Shown piece after piece: positions 48,414-58,410 of a DNA stretch of 64,000 bases. The stretch covers positions 1,088,001 to 1,152,000 of the forward strand of contig OY762492.1 in assembly GCA_963665845.2 (NCBI GenBank). The letters are read 5' to 3'. The position numbers were made by a program, and so were the translations under genes. The notes under the pieces are model-generated. The model searched no databases. It saw nothing but the letters and a program-made list of their open reading frames with translations, and was not told where the DNA came from. Position 1 is the first letter of the stretch, and every line of letters begins with the position of its first letter. The stretch comes from Candidatus Poribacteria bacterium (GTDB lineage: Bacteria; Poribacteria; WGA-4E; GCA-2687025).

Positions 48414-49793
48414 TCACTCCTCCTCGCCGCTGTCGTCCTTGTCCTCATCGCTCGGCGGCTGCCGTTTCAGACGCTCCTGCTCGTCGAAGCGGCGGAAGAC
48501 CTGCTCAACCTCCTCGCGCGAATGGCGTTTGCGGACGGCGTTGTAAGCGTCTTGGGCATGCTGGGCGTCGCCCGCTTTGGCGAAGGCGCGCGCCATGCCC
48601 AGCAAGGCGTTCATGTAGCCTTCGGGCGTCGCCTTGGAGAGGGCGTACTCCATCTCAAACGCGCGCTGGTACGCCTTCGCAAAGTCGGCGTATGCCGCCG
48701 CCATGTCCATCTCCGCGTTTGGCGGCGGAGGGGGAGGTTCCACGCCGCGCCGAGCGTCGGGCGGCGCTGGGGCGTCAGGCGGGCTATGCGGCGCGGGCGC
48801 TTCTGCGGGTGATGGAGGCGTATGCTTTGCCGATTCAGCGGCAGCGGCAGCAGCCCGTTCCTCCCAGATGGACGGAAATGTGCGTTCACCCTTCTCTAGC
48901 ACCTCATAACGGTAGCTAGCCCACCTGTGGCCTGCAGCGAACGCCTTTTGAAACTGATCCGCCGCTTCGTATATCATATCCAGCCGCTCATATGAATTGC
49001 CGAGAGTGAAATGGAATCCTGACTTGGAATGCAGACCGTCCTCAGGCAGAATGCGCGAGATTGCGGCGATCGTCTCCTCGGGAAAGTCGCGGTACAGATT
49101 GTCGACAGCGTAGGACACCGCCCTCTCATCGTCTGGATAATGTTGAATCAGAAGCCGCGCCGATTCGACTTCGTCCTCATTCGCATCCGCTTTCAAGATC
49201 AGCGCCTCGAGGGAGGTCGGGTCCTTTGCCAGGACGCGGTTGGCGTACTCGATGGCGTACTCTTTTTCCATAGGCCACTTCTCGCCTCTGATTCCCCAGT
49301 CCGAGCTATACAGATACTCGGCGGCGGCCATGTCGTCCATCCCTTCGACCAGTATTTCGATCACGCCGCGCGGCGTCCTTCCGTTCTCCTTGCGATGGAC
49401 GTCGCTGCTGCCGTACTGGTCATAGAGATACTTGCGGATGCGATTCATTTTTTTGGATTGGCTCGGATCGTATATCCAGCCGGAGCGGTCAATCTCTGGC
49501 ATATCGTCCCGCGTCGTTTGAATCTCAGGGCGAGAGTTGAGTTCGGGCGGTTTCTTCTCCTGCCCCGGTTCCGTTTCCTGCGCGCCGCCCGCTGTTGCGT
49601 CGGGAGCTTTGCCGCTTTCGCTCATGACAGTCTCGCGGACAGAAGGCTCCTGCGCGGATTCCATCTCGGCAGGATCTGGGTCGTCCGCGCGGAAGAGAAG
49701 CGCCGCGGCAACTGCCAGCGCCGCCATTAAGACGGCGCTGGCAAGCAGCGCGACGCGCGCCCTGCGGTGTGATGGGCGTTGCGTCGTTTTCAT
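48414..49793 (-). CDS. Tandem array copy B (different N-terminal domain)
   Basis: Same conserved blocks as copy A. Confidence 0.8.
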   Translation of the reverse strand: MKTTQRPSHRRARVALLASAVLMAALAVAAALLFRADDPDPAEMESAQEPSVRETVMSESGKAPDATAGGAQETEPGQEKKPPELNSRPEIQTTRDDMPEIDRSGWIYDPSQSKKMNRIRKYLYDQYGSSDVHRKENGRTPRGVIEILVEGMDDMAAAEYLYSSDWGIRGEKWPMEKEYAIEYANRVLAKDPTSLEALILKADANEDEVESARLLIQHYPDDERAVSYAVDNLYRDFPEETIAAISRILPEDGLHSKSGFHFTLGNSYERLDMIYEAADQFQKAFAAGHRWASYRYEVLEKGERTFPSIWEERAAAAAAESAKHTPPSPAEAPAPHSPPDAPAPPDARRGVEPPPPPPNAEMDMAAAYADFAKAYQRAFEMEYALSKATPEGYMNALLGMARAFAKAGDAQHAQDAYNAVRKRHSREEVEQVFRRFDEQERLKRQPPSDEDKDDSGEEE

Positions 49794-49826
49794 CGTCTTG
49801 ACCGTTCCAAACGGCGTTCACGGCGT

Positions 49827-51575
49827 CTAGTAACAGCATAACGCCTCGGCGCTAACGCCGCAAGCCGCGCACTCCTCCTCGCCGCTGTCGTCCTCGTCCC
49901 CGCCGCTCGGCGGCTGCCGTTTCAGACGTTCCTGTTCGTCAAAGCGGCGGAAAACCTGCTCAACCTCCTCGCGCGAATGGCGTTTGCGGACGGCGTTGTA
50001 AGCGTCCTGGGCATGCTGCGCGTCTCCCGCCTTGGCGAAGGCGCGCGCCATGCCCAGCAGCGCGTTCATGTAGCCTTCGGGCGTCGCCTCGGAGAGGGCG
50101 TACTCCATCTCAAACGCATCCTGGTACGCCTTGGCGAAGTTGGCGTATGCCGCCGCCATGTCCATTTCCGCGCCGGGCGGCGGAGGGGGCGGCGCGCCTT
50201 CAGGGCGCGGAGCGTCCGGCTCTGGCGCGTCCGGCGGTTTCGGGGCGTCCGGCTGGCGCTGCGGCGGTGTTTCAGGGGTATCGCTTGGCGGCGCAGGTTC
50301 TGGAGGCCCTTCGGTAAGACGCTCGGCGGCGCGTTCCTCCCAGATGGACGGGTAGCCGCGTTCCCCCCGCTCTATCCTTTTATAGCGCCCATAAGCGTAC
50401 ATATCGCCGGCGGCGTACGCCTTCTGAAACTGATCCGCCGCTTCATACATCATGTCCAGACGCTCATAGGCGTCGCCAAGCGTGAGATGAAACGTCGAAT
50501 TGGAATGCAAGCCGTCCTCTGGCAATAAGCGGGAGATCGTCTCAACCGTCTCCTCAGGATGGCTTTCAAAAGTGATGCGAGTAGCGAATTCCATCGCCCC
50601 TTCGTCGTTCGGATGATGTTTGAGGAGACGCCGCGCCGATTCGATCGCATTATTTACCTGATCAGCCGAATGCGTTTTGATGATCAGCGCGTCGCGGGAG
50701 GTCGGATCCTTTGCTAAAACCCGTTCCGCGTATTCCGCCGCATACTTAACCTCTCTTCTCCACGGCTCCCCGACCTCCTCTGCAAAATCTGAAAAATAGC
50801 CCCCTTTTCCGATTCCATGCAAGTACTTTGCAGCAGTCAGGTCGTCCATTCCTTCCACCAGAATCTCGATCACCGCCCGCGGCGTTCTTCCGTTCTCTTC
50901 GCGGTGTTCGACGCTTCCGTATCGGTTGTAGAAGTATTCGCGGATTCGGTTCTCTTTATCCGAAAGGCTCGGATCGCGCGGATCGTAGTTGGGGTTGGAC
51001 GGATCGGAGCCGTAGGAATGAGGCTTCCCCAGCGCAAAGTCCCGCATCTCTCGAATATGCCCCTTCAGCTCTTCGCCGCTGTAGTTTCTCAGGAAGATGA
51101 AGTCTGTATGGAGCTCGCTGGCAATTGCGTCGTCGTCTTTGCCGTCTTGGATCCGCTTCGTTCCGATCCAAACAAGCCATTCATGAACCTGCGGGTCGGA
51201 CGCGCGCTCATTGTCAATGTACAGCAGCGTCAGATGGATCGCAAGCCGCTCGCTTGGGTCGGACGACGCCCATTCCTCCAATAACCGGATCCACTCTTCG
51301 GGCAGGTCGTCCGCGTCATCGTCGAATCCTGTTTGCGTGATCTTGCGGTAGGCGTCCATCCATGCTTTCACCTTTTCGGCGTCGGCGCCTTGGACAAGCT
51401 CATGCTGCGGCTCAGATCCGGACGCGCCTTTCGGGTTGTCTGTTGTATTGGACGAAGCAGGATCGTCCACGCGGAAAAGAATTGCCGCCGCAACCGCCAA
51501 AGCGGCCAGCAAGACAGCGCCGACCAGAAGCGCGAGGCGCGCCCTGCGGCGTGATGAGCGTTGCGTCGTTTTCAT
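49827..51575 (-). CDS. Tandem array copy C (stop-loss extension)
   Basis: Same blocks; the TGA after SGEEE in the other copies is TGC here, extending the ORF to 49827. Confidence 0.78.
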   Translation of the reverse strand: MKTTQRSSRRRARLALLVGAVLLAALAVAAAILFRVDDPASSNTTDNPKGASGSEPQHELVQGADAEKVKAWMDAYRKITQTGFDDDADDLPEEWIRLLEEWASSDPSERLAIHLTLLYIDNERASDPQVHEWLVWIGTKRIQDGKDDDAIASELHTDFIFLRNYSGEELKGHIREMRDFALGKPHSYGSDPSNPNYDPRDPSLSDKENRIREYFYNRYGSVEHREENGRTPRAVIEILVEGMDDLTAAKYLHGIGKGGYFSDFAEEVGEPWRREVKYAAEYAERVLAKDPTSRDALIIKTHSADQVNNAIESARRLLKHHPNDEGAMEFATRITFESHPEETVETISRLLPEDGLHSNSTFHLTLGDAYERLDMMYEAADQFQKAYAAGDMYAYGRYKRIERGERGYPSIWEERAAERLTEGPPEPAPPSDTPETPPQRQPDAPKPPDAPEPDAPRPEGAPPPPPPGAEMDMAAAYANFAKAYQDAFEMEYALSEATPEGYMNALLGMARAFAKAGDAQHAQDAYNAVRKRHSREEVEQVFRRFDEQERLKRQPPSGGDEDDSGEEECAACGVSAEALCCY

Positions 51576-51649
51576 CGTCTTGACTCGTTCCAAGTTGCTC
51601 AGCGCGTCTAGGAACAGCATAACGCCTCGGCGCTAGAGCCGCAAGCCGC

Positions 51650-53296
51650 TCACTCCTCCTCGCCGCTCGGCGACTGCCGTTTCAGACGCTCCTGTTCGTC
51701 GAAGCGGCGGAAGACCCGCTCAACCTCCTCGCGCGAATGGCGCTTGCGAACGGCGTTGTAAGCGTCCTGGGCATGCTGGGCGTCTCCCGCTTTGGCGAAG
51801 GCGCGCGCCATTCCCAGCAGCGCGTTCATGTAGCCTTCGGGCGTCGCCTCGGAGAGGGAGTATTCCATCTCAAACGCGCTCTGGTACGCCTTGGCGAAGT
51901 CGGTGTACGCTGCGGACATCTCCGCCTCTAGATTGGGCGGCGGAAGGGGAGGTTCCACGCCGCGCGGAGTTTCCGACAGCTCCGGGGCGTCGGGCTGGCG
52001 CTGCGGCGTCGCGGACGCTTCTGCAGGTTGAGGCTCCTGCGCTGCAGCTTCAGCCGCTGCGGCGTCGCGCTCTTCCCAGATGGACGGAACGGTTCTTTCT
52101 CCCCGCTCTAAACGTTCATAGAGACCGCGCGCTGCGCCGTTGAAGCCTATAGCGAACGCTTTCTGGTACTGGTCAGCCGCTTCATACAACATATCCAGAC
52201 GTTCATAGGCGACGCCAAGACCGAAATGCAAACTCGGATCAGAATGCAGACTGCCATCTTCCGGCAAAAGGAGTGTGATCGCCGCAACCATCTCTTCAGG
52301 ATAGGGTTCTGATAGATATCGGATCGTGGCGCTCACCGCATCCTCATCCCGCGGATGATGTTTGAGAAGACGCCGCGCCGATTCGATCGCATCGTCCAAA
52401 TCATTTGCCGCGCCAAGTTTGATCATCAGCGCGTCGCGGGAGGTCGGATCCTTTGCTAAAACGCGGTCCGCGTATTCCAACGCGTACTCATTCTCGTTTC
52501 TATCCCACCGCTCGTCAAGCTCAGATTCGCTTCCATAATACAGATATTTAGCGGCGGTCAGGTCGTCCATTCCTTCCACCAGAATCTCGATCACCGCCCG
52601 CGGCGTTCTTCCGTTCTCTTCGCGGTGTTCGACGCTTCCGTATCGGTTGTAGAAGTATTCGCGGATTCGGTTCTCTTTATCCGAAAGGCTTGGATCGCGC
52701 GGATCGTAGTTGGGATTGGACGGATCGGAGCCGTAGGAATGAGGCTTGCCCAGCGCAAAATCCCGCATCTCTTGAATATGCCCCTTCAGTTCTTCGCCGC
52801 TGTAGTTTCTCAGGAAGATGAAGTCTGTATGGAGCTCGCTGGCAATTGCGTCGTCGTCTTTGCCATCTTGGATCCGCTTCGTTCCGATCCAAACAAGCCA
52901 TTCATGTACCTGCGGATCGGACGCGCGCGCATTGTGAATGTACAGCAGCGTCAGATGGATCGCAAGCCGCTCGCTTGGGTCGGAAGACGCCCATTCCTCC
53001 AATAACCGGATCCACTCTTCGGGCAGGTCGTCCGCGTCATCGTCGAATCCTGTTTGCGTGATTTCGCGATAGGCGTCCATCCATGCTTTCACCTTCTCGG
53101 CGTCGGCGCCTTGGACAAGCTCATGCTGCGGCTCGGATCCGGACGCGCCTTTCGGGTTGTCTGTTGTATTGGACGAAGCAGGATCGTCCGCGCGGAAAAG
53201 AATTGCCGCCGCAACCGCCAAAGCGGCCAGCAAGACAGCGCCGACAAGCAGCGCGAGGCGCGCCCTGCGGTATGATGAGCGTTGCGTCGTTTTCAT
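51650..53296 (-). CDS. Tandem array copy D
   Basis: C-terminal half essentially identical to copy A. Confidence 0.8.
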   Translation of the reverse strand: MKTTQRSSYRRARLALLVGAVLLAALAVAAAILFRADDPASSNTTDNPKGASGSEPQHELVQGADAEKVKAWMDAYREITQTGFDDDADDLPEEWIRLLEEWASSDPSERLAIHLTLLYIHNARASDPQVHEWLVWIGTKRIQDGKDDDAIASELHTDFIFLRNYSGEELKGHIQEMRDFALGKPHSYGSDPSNPNYDPRDPSLSDKENRIREYFYNRYGSVEHREENGRTPRAVIEILVEGMDDLTAAKYLYYGSESELDERWDRNENEYALEYADRVLAKDPTSRDALMIKLGAANDLDDAIESARRLLKHHPRDEDAVSATIRYLSEPYPEEMVAAITLLLPEDGSLHSDPSLHFGLGVAYERLDMLYEAADQYQKAFAIGFNGAARGLYERLERGERTVPSIWEERDAAAAEAAAQEPQPAEASATPQRQPDAPELSETPRGVEPPLPPPNLEAEMSAAYTDFAKAYQSAFEMEYSLSEATPEGYMNALLGMARAFAKAGDAQHAQDAYNAVRKRHSREEVERVFRRFDEQERLKRQSPSGEEE

Positions 53297-53371
53297 TCCT
53301 TTGACCGTTCCAGACCGCATTTACGGCGTCTAAGAACAGCATAACGCTTTGACGCTAGAGCCGCAAGCCGC

Positions 53372-53820
53372 TCACTCCTCCTCGCCGCTGTCCTCCTCGT
53401 CGTCATCGCTCGGCGACTGCCGTTTCAGACGCTCCTGTTCGTCGAAGCGGCGGAAGACCCGCTCAACCTCCTCGCGCGAATGGCGTTTGCGCACGGCGTT
53501 GTAAGCGTCTTGGGCATGCTGGGCGTCGCCCGACTTGGCGAAGGCGCGCGCCATGCCTAGCAGCGCGTTCATATAGCCTTCGGGCGTCGCCTCGGAGAGG
53601 GCGTACTCCATCTCAAACATGCTTTGGTACGCCTTCGCAAAGTCGGCGTATGCCGAGGACATCTCCGCCTCTAAGTTGGACGGCAGGGAGTGACGCTCGT
53701 CCTTCGGCGCAATCGGCTCCAGAGCGGCGATCGCTTCCTCCGGGAAAGCGTAATTAAGAGAGGGACCTGCGTAACGCATCGCTTTTTTATCGTTTGGATA
53801 CAGCTCTATGAGCTTGCCGT
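53372..53820 (-). pseudogene. Tandem array copy E, 5'-truncated with an internal deletion
   Basis: KLIELYPND...FPEEAIAAL...PKD is joined directly to NLEAEMSSAY...MARAFAK; no TM anchor or N-terminal half. Confidence 0.7.
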
Positions 53821-53892
53821 CAGAGGGCGCAGGTTGAAATGCCGCCCATTGAGGCGTATAGTTTTAGGCGCGGCAGGGAAGCGGAGCGTCTT

Positions 53893-55392
53893 ATGGCGAT
53901 AGGATCGCGCGGGCAGCAGACGGCGCTGGATTCGGTTTTGGCGTATACGGAGTCGACGCAGGCGGACGCGCGGCTCATCGAGGCGGACATCTGGGGGAGT
54001 CAGGCGCATGCGCTCATGCTGGCGCGTCAGGGCGTCGTCTCGGACGCGGACGCGCGCGGCATTTTGGCGGCATTGAACGAGGCAAAGGCGGACGCGCAGG
54101 CGGGCAAGCTCACCTTAGACCCCGCCCTGGAAGATGTCCATATGAACGTCGAGGCGTATGTGACGCGCGCCGCCGGACCTGAAGCCGGCGGCAAACTCCA
54201 CACGGCGCGCTCGCGCAACGATCAGGTGTTGACCGACGCGCGCATCGCGGCAAGGGAGGGCGTCTTGAAAACGGAGCGGGCGGCGGCTCGGCTTGCGTCC
54301 GCGTTTTTATCCGTTGCCGAACGTCTGGGCGGCGCCGTCATGCCGGGATACACCCACACGCAGCATGCGCAGCCGATTTCGCTCGGTTTCTGGGCGACCG
54401 CATACGCCGCGCTTTTCATAGAAGACCTGCGCCGTCTAAACGAAGCGTATCGAACGGCGAACCGATCCCCGCTTGGAGCGTGCGCGCTGGCGGGCTGCAG
54501 CTTTCCAATCGACCGCCAATTGACCGCCGACCTTCTCGGCTTTGACAGCGTCGACATGCATGCGCTCGCCGTTGTGTCCGACCGCAGCTTTATCTTGGAG
54601 CCGATGTTTGCGTTGACGGCGCTGATGACGAACCTGTCGCGCCTCTCGGCGGAGATTGTCTACGGGACATCGTATGAGTTCCGCCTCTTCACGCTGGACG
54701 ACCGCCTTGCGCTCGGCAGCTCCATCATGCCTCAAAAGAAAAATCCGGACATTGCGGAGCTGGCGCGCGGGCGGACAGGAAATCTGATTGGCGGTTTGAC
54801 AGGGCTGTTCGCGTCGTTGAAGGGGCTGCCTCTCGGTTACCACCGCGATCTGCAGGAGGACAAGCCGCCGTTGTGGGCGGGTTTGGACGCCGCCTCTTCG
54901 TCCGCCGACATTCTGGCGGAGGCGGTTGAGACGATGCAGTTTCACACGGAGCGGATGCGCGATCTGGTCTACGCAAACTTTTCATCGGCGACGGAGCTGG
55001 CAAACTTTTTGGCGCGGGAGCGGGGCGTTCCGTTTCGGGAGGCGCATCATTTGACAGGCGGGCTGGTCGCCTCGCTGGCGGAGCGCGGTTTGGATTTTCG
55101 GGATCTGGACGCTTGCGGCGTTTATCTTTTAGAGCGAGGTCATGATATTGAGGCGGAGACGCTGGCGGACATCTTAGACCCGTCCGAAGCGGTAAAACGA
55201 AACATGAGCGCGGGCGGAACGTCGCCGTCGTCGGTTGAGGCGATGCTGGCGGAGCAGCGCCGTTTTTTAAAGGAACATGCGGAGTCGGTTTTGTCTAGAG
55301 AAAGCCGTATCGAGTCGGCGCGCCGCCGGACGGAGAAAACGGTTGAACGCGTACTCAACGGGATGTCGGCGCGGGAGGCGTTGAACGCATGA
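53893..55392 (+). CDS. argH: Argininosuccinate lyase
   Basis: EDVHMNVE, LHTARSRNDQV, MPGYTHTQHAQP, GSSIMPQKKNPD. Confidence 0.95.
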   Translation: MAIGSRGQQTALDSVLAYTESTQADARLIEADIWGSQAHALMLARQGVVSDADARGILAALNEAKADAQAGKLTLDPALEDVHMNVEAYVTRAAGPEAGGKLHTARSRNDQVLTDARIAAREGVLKTERAAARLASAFLSVAERLGGAVMPGYTHTQHAQPISLGFWATAYAALFIEDLRRLNEAYRTANRSPLGACALAGCSFPIDRQLTADLLGFDSVDMHALAVVSDRSFILEPMFALTALMTNLSRLSAEIVYGTSYEFRLFTLDDRLALGSSIMPQKKNPDIAELARGRTGNLIGGLTGLFASLKGLPLGYHRDLQEDKPPLWAGLDAASSSADILAEAVETMQFHTERMRDLVYANFSSATELANFLARERGVPFREAHHLTGGLVASLAERGLDFRDLDACGVYLLERGHDIEAETLADILDPSEAVKRNMSAGGTSPSSVEAMLAEQRRFLKEHAESVLSRESRIESARRRTEKTVERVLNGMSAREALNA

Positions 55393-56120
55393 AAGACCGA
55401 ATCAGAGACCGAATCATTGTGCCGTTGGACGCGCCCGATCTGGAGTCGGCGCGGCGTCTGTTGGAGCGTCTAGACGGCTGCGCGTCCGTTTTGAAGGTCG
55501 GCAAGGAGCTGTTCACGGCGGCGGGTCCGGCGGCGGTAGAGCTGGCGCGGCGGCATGGCGCGCGCGTTTTTTTGGATTTGAAATACCATGACATTCCGAA
55601 CACGGTTGCGGGCGCTGTCAAGGCGGCGGCAAGGCTCGGCGTCTGGATGATGAACGTTCATGTCTCCGGCGGGCGCGCCATGATGGAGGCGGCGCGCGGC
55701 GCGCTGGACAGCCTTAACCTAAACCCGACCCCTCTGCTCATCGGCGTCACCGCGCTGACAAGCCTGGACGAACGGCAGTGGCGCGAGGTGTATGGAGACG
55801 GAGCCGCCGCGTTAGACAAGCAGGCGGCGCGGATGGCGCGCCTTGCGGTAGAGGCGGGGCTGGACGGCGTCGTCGCCTCGCCGCTGGAGCTGAAAGCGGT
55901 TCGACGGGCGGGCGGGTCTGATATGGTTATCGTAACGCCCGGCGTCCGCCCCATCGGTTCCGACGCGCATGATCAGCGGCGCGTCGCGACGCCCAGTGAG
56001 GCGGTCGCCGACGGCGCGGATTATCTCGTCATCGGCCGCCCCATCGCGCAGAGCGACGATCCGCCCGCGGCGATGGAGCGCATCTTGACCGAAATCGCGG
56101 CGTCTCCGCCGTCGGATTAA
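55389..56120 (+). CDS. pyrF: Orotidine-5'-phosphate decarboxylase
   Basis: FLDLKYHDIPNTV, VTALTS, VTPGVRP, DQRRVATP, VIGRPI. Confidence 0.96.
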   Translation: MKDRIRDRIIVPLDAPDLESARRLLERLDGCASVLKVGKELFTAAGPAAVELARRHGARVFLDLKYHDIPNTVAGAVKAAARLGVWMMNVHVSGGRAMMEAARGALDSLNLNPTPLLIGVTALTSLDERQWREVYGDGAAALDKQAARMARLAVEAGLDGVVASPLELKAVRRAGGSDMVIVTPGVRPIGSDAHDQRRVATPSEAVADGADYLVIGRPIAQSDDPPAAMERILTEIAASPPSD

Positions 56121-56125
56121 AACGC

Positions 56126-56944
56126 ATGCGCGTCGTCTTTATCGGCAGACGAACAGGGTTCAACAACGGCGCCGCCCGCTGGCTTTCCGAGCGGTACGAT
56201 CTCCGCGCCGTTTTTTATATTGAAGAAGGATGGAACCTGCGCAAAAACCGCGTCCGCGCCGTGCGGAAACGGGCAAAGCGGGTCGGCTGGGCGCGTCTAA
56301 CGGACGAGCTGCTGTTTTACGGTTACTATCTGCGCCGATACGGGCGCGGAGACGAGCGGCTTTGGCATGAGCGGCTGCCGGCGGCGTTTCAGAATCCGCC
56401 GCCTGTAGACGCGCCGACCCATTCATGCGCGGACATTCACGCGCCGCGCCGGCTGGATGAGATCGCCGCATGCGAGCCGGACATCCTTTTCAGCGTCTGC
56501 GCGAAGACGATTTTCAAACCTGCGCTGTTTAACCTGCCGAAGATGGGCATGTTCATCCTGCATGAGGGCGTCACGCCCGAATACCGCGGGCTTCATACCG
56601 CCGGCTGGGCTTTGCTTCAGGGGGAGCCGCAGTATGTCGGCTATTCGCTTTTGAAGGCGGAGAAAGGCATCGACACGGGACCGATCCTGTGTCAAGGCGC
56701 CTTGCCGGACGCGGCGGAATGGGGGTTTCATTGGCGTTTCATCGGGCATCAGGCGCTGGCGCATGGGCTGCCGGCGATGGAGGCGGCGCTGGACGCGCTT
56801 TATGCGAACGGGGGGCGTTTTGAGCCTGTGTCTCAAGAGGGGCGCGTCTCCCGCAACTACAGCTGGATCGGCATGTCTGACTATCTGCGCTGTCGGCGGA
56901 ACCCGTCCACGCGCGCCCTGTTCCGCCGCTGGCGCAGCGGATGA
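56126..56944 (+). CDS. Formyltransferase-family protein
   Basis: LHEGVTPEYRG, GIDTGPIL. Confidence 0.75.
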   Translation: MRVVFIGRRTGFNNGAARWLSERYDLRAVFYIEEGWNLRKNRVRAVRKRAKRVGWARLTDELLFYGYYLRRYGRGDERLWHERLPAAFQNPPPVDAPTHSCADIHAPRRLDEIAACEPDILFSVCAKTIFKPALFNLPKMGMFILHEGVTPEYRGLHTAGWALLQGEPQYVGYSLLKAEKGIDTGPILCQGALPDAAEWGFHWRFIGHQALAHGLPAMEAALDALYANGGRFEPVSQEGRVSRNYSWIGMSDYLRCRRNPSTRALFRRWRSG

Positions 56945-56947
56945 GAG

Positions 56948-57076
56948 GGTAGCGCGCTTATACGGAGATATTTGCGGCGCCGCGTCCGATTCCCCCTTGA
57001 AAAGGGGGGCTAGGGGGTTTAAAGAACGGGGCGGCGACTGCGATGTCTTAAGATTCCCGCTTACGCGGGAATGACG
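56948..57076. repeat. Mosaic REP cluster, reverse orientation
   Basis: TACGGAGATATT module, CCCCCTTGAAAAGGGGGGCTAGGGGG and GATTCCCGCTTACGCGGGAATGACG. Confidence 0.85.
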
Positions 57077-57154
57077 ACCGGCGGCGCAGACGCTTTAGAG
57101 TAAAAATGAAAATTCCCGCATGGGCGTACCGCCAGTGAGAGCGTCTTCTCGCGC

Positions 57155-58036
57155 TTAGAGCCTCCAGAGCATGAGAGCGCTGTCCGTGTCGCCGCTGGCA
57201 AAGCGCGTTCCGTCCGGCGAAAAGGCGGTTGCCGCAATCTGTCCGTCATGACCCTCTAAAGTGTCGGCGAGCGCGCCCGTGGACGGGTTCCAGAGCCGTA
57301 TCGTCTTGTCGCGGCTGCCGCTGGCGAGGCGCGTTCCATCCGGCGAAAAGGCGATCGCTTCAATCCAGCCGCGGTGGCCCTCCAACGCGCGCAGGTAGGC
57401 TCCGCTCTGGGCGTCCCAGAGATGAACTTTTTTATCTTTGCCTCCGCAGGCGGCGAACCGTCCGTCCGGCGAGAACGCCGTCGCCCGTATCCATTCGGTC
57501 AATCCGCCCAGCGTCCGCAGCGGCTTTCCCGTTTCAACGTCCCACGTTTGTACCGTACGGTCGCGCCCGCCGCTGACAATCTGCCGCCCGTCCGGCGAGA
57601 ACGCCGCCGAATACACCCTGCCGAGATGCCCCTCCAGCGTTCGAAGCAGCGCGCCGGTGTTGACGTTCCAGAGCCGTATCGTATGGTCTTCGCCGGCGCC
57701 GGCGATGACGCTTCCGTCGGGAGAGAAGGCGGCGGAGTAGGCGGTGAACCGCTGCCCCTCCAGCGCCTTGAGCCGTTCGCCTGTTTGAGCGTCCCAGAGC
57801 AGGACATCCCGATACTCGCCGGCGCTGACGATCATGCTCCCGTCGGGCGAATAGGCGGCGGCGTGAACGCGCCCCGCATGCCCAGTCAGCGCGCGGAGAA
57901 GCTCCCCCGTTTTGAGAGACCATACCCGTATGGTCGCGTCGCTGCTGGCGGTGAGAACCGCCTCCCCGTCGGGAGAGAACGCGGCGGCGTTGACGCCTCT
58001 TCGGTGTCCGGTATTGATGGATCGGTCTGGGTTCAT
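57155..58036 (-). CDS. WD40-repeat protein (single ~7-bladed propeller)
   Basis: Seven GH...AFSPDG...SG..D.T..LW repeats. The ORF-track N-terminal extension is repeat DNA. Confidence 0.9.
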   Translation of the reverse strand: MNPDRSINTGHRRGVNAAAFSPDGEAVLTASSDATIRVWSLKTGELLRALTGHAGRVHAAAYSPDGSMIVSAGEYRDVLLWDAQTGERLKALEGQRFTAYSAAFSPDGSVIAGAGEDHTIRLWNVNTGALLRTLEGHLGRVYSAAFSPDGRQIVSGGRDRTVQTWDVETGKPLRTLGGLTEWIRATAFSPDGRFAACGGKDKKVHLWDAQSGAYLRALEGHRGWIEAIAFSPDGTRLASGSRDKTIRLWNPSTGALADTLEGHDGQIAATAFSPDGTRFASGDTDSALMLWRL

Positions 58037-58133
58037 GCGGCGTGTCTCTCTGGCATTTGAAACGGCGTTGATGGAAAGTATCGCATGCGGCGCGGCGTCG
58101 GACAAGCGGCGTCCGCTGTAGGCAGTATGTCTT

Positions 58134-58410
58134 GTTATTCCCGCACAAGCGGGAATCCTAGCCGCTGTCTGAACTAGGATTGCCAAGATTGAAAGATTGC
58201 CAAGAGAATTCTGTGAGCCGCTCTCTTGGCAATCTTAATAATCCTCCAATCCGAGTTCAAACCCGCGCGCTTAAACCCCCCTGCCCCCCTTTTCAAGGGG
58301 GAGTTTTGAAACGCGGCGCCAAAACCGTCCGCGTTCACCCCAAACGTCCGGCGGCCCATAGCGTCATTCCCGCGCAAGCGGGAATCTTAGGCTCCGCAGA
58401 TGCTGTCCAT
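58134..58410. repeat. Mosaic repeat cluster including copy 2 of the palindromic MITE-like element (58167-58261)
   Basis: REP hairpins at 58134-58157 and 58362-58386; TTTTCAA hairpin near 58285. Confidence 0.85.
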
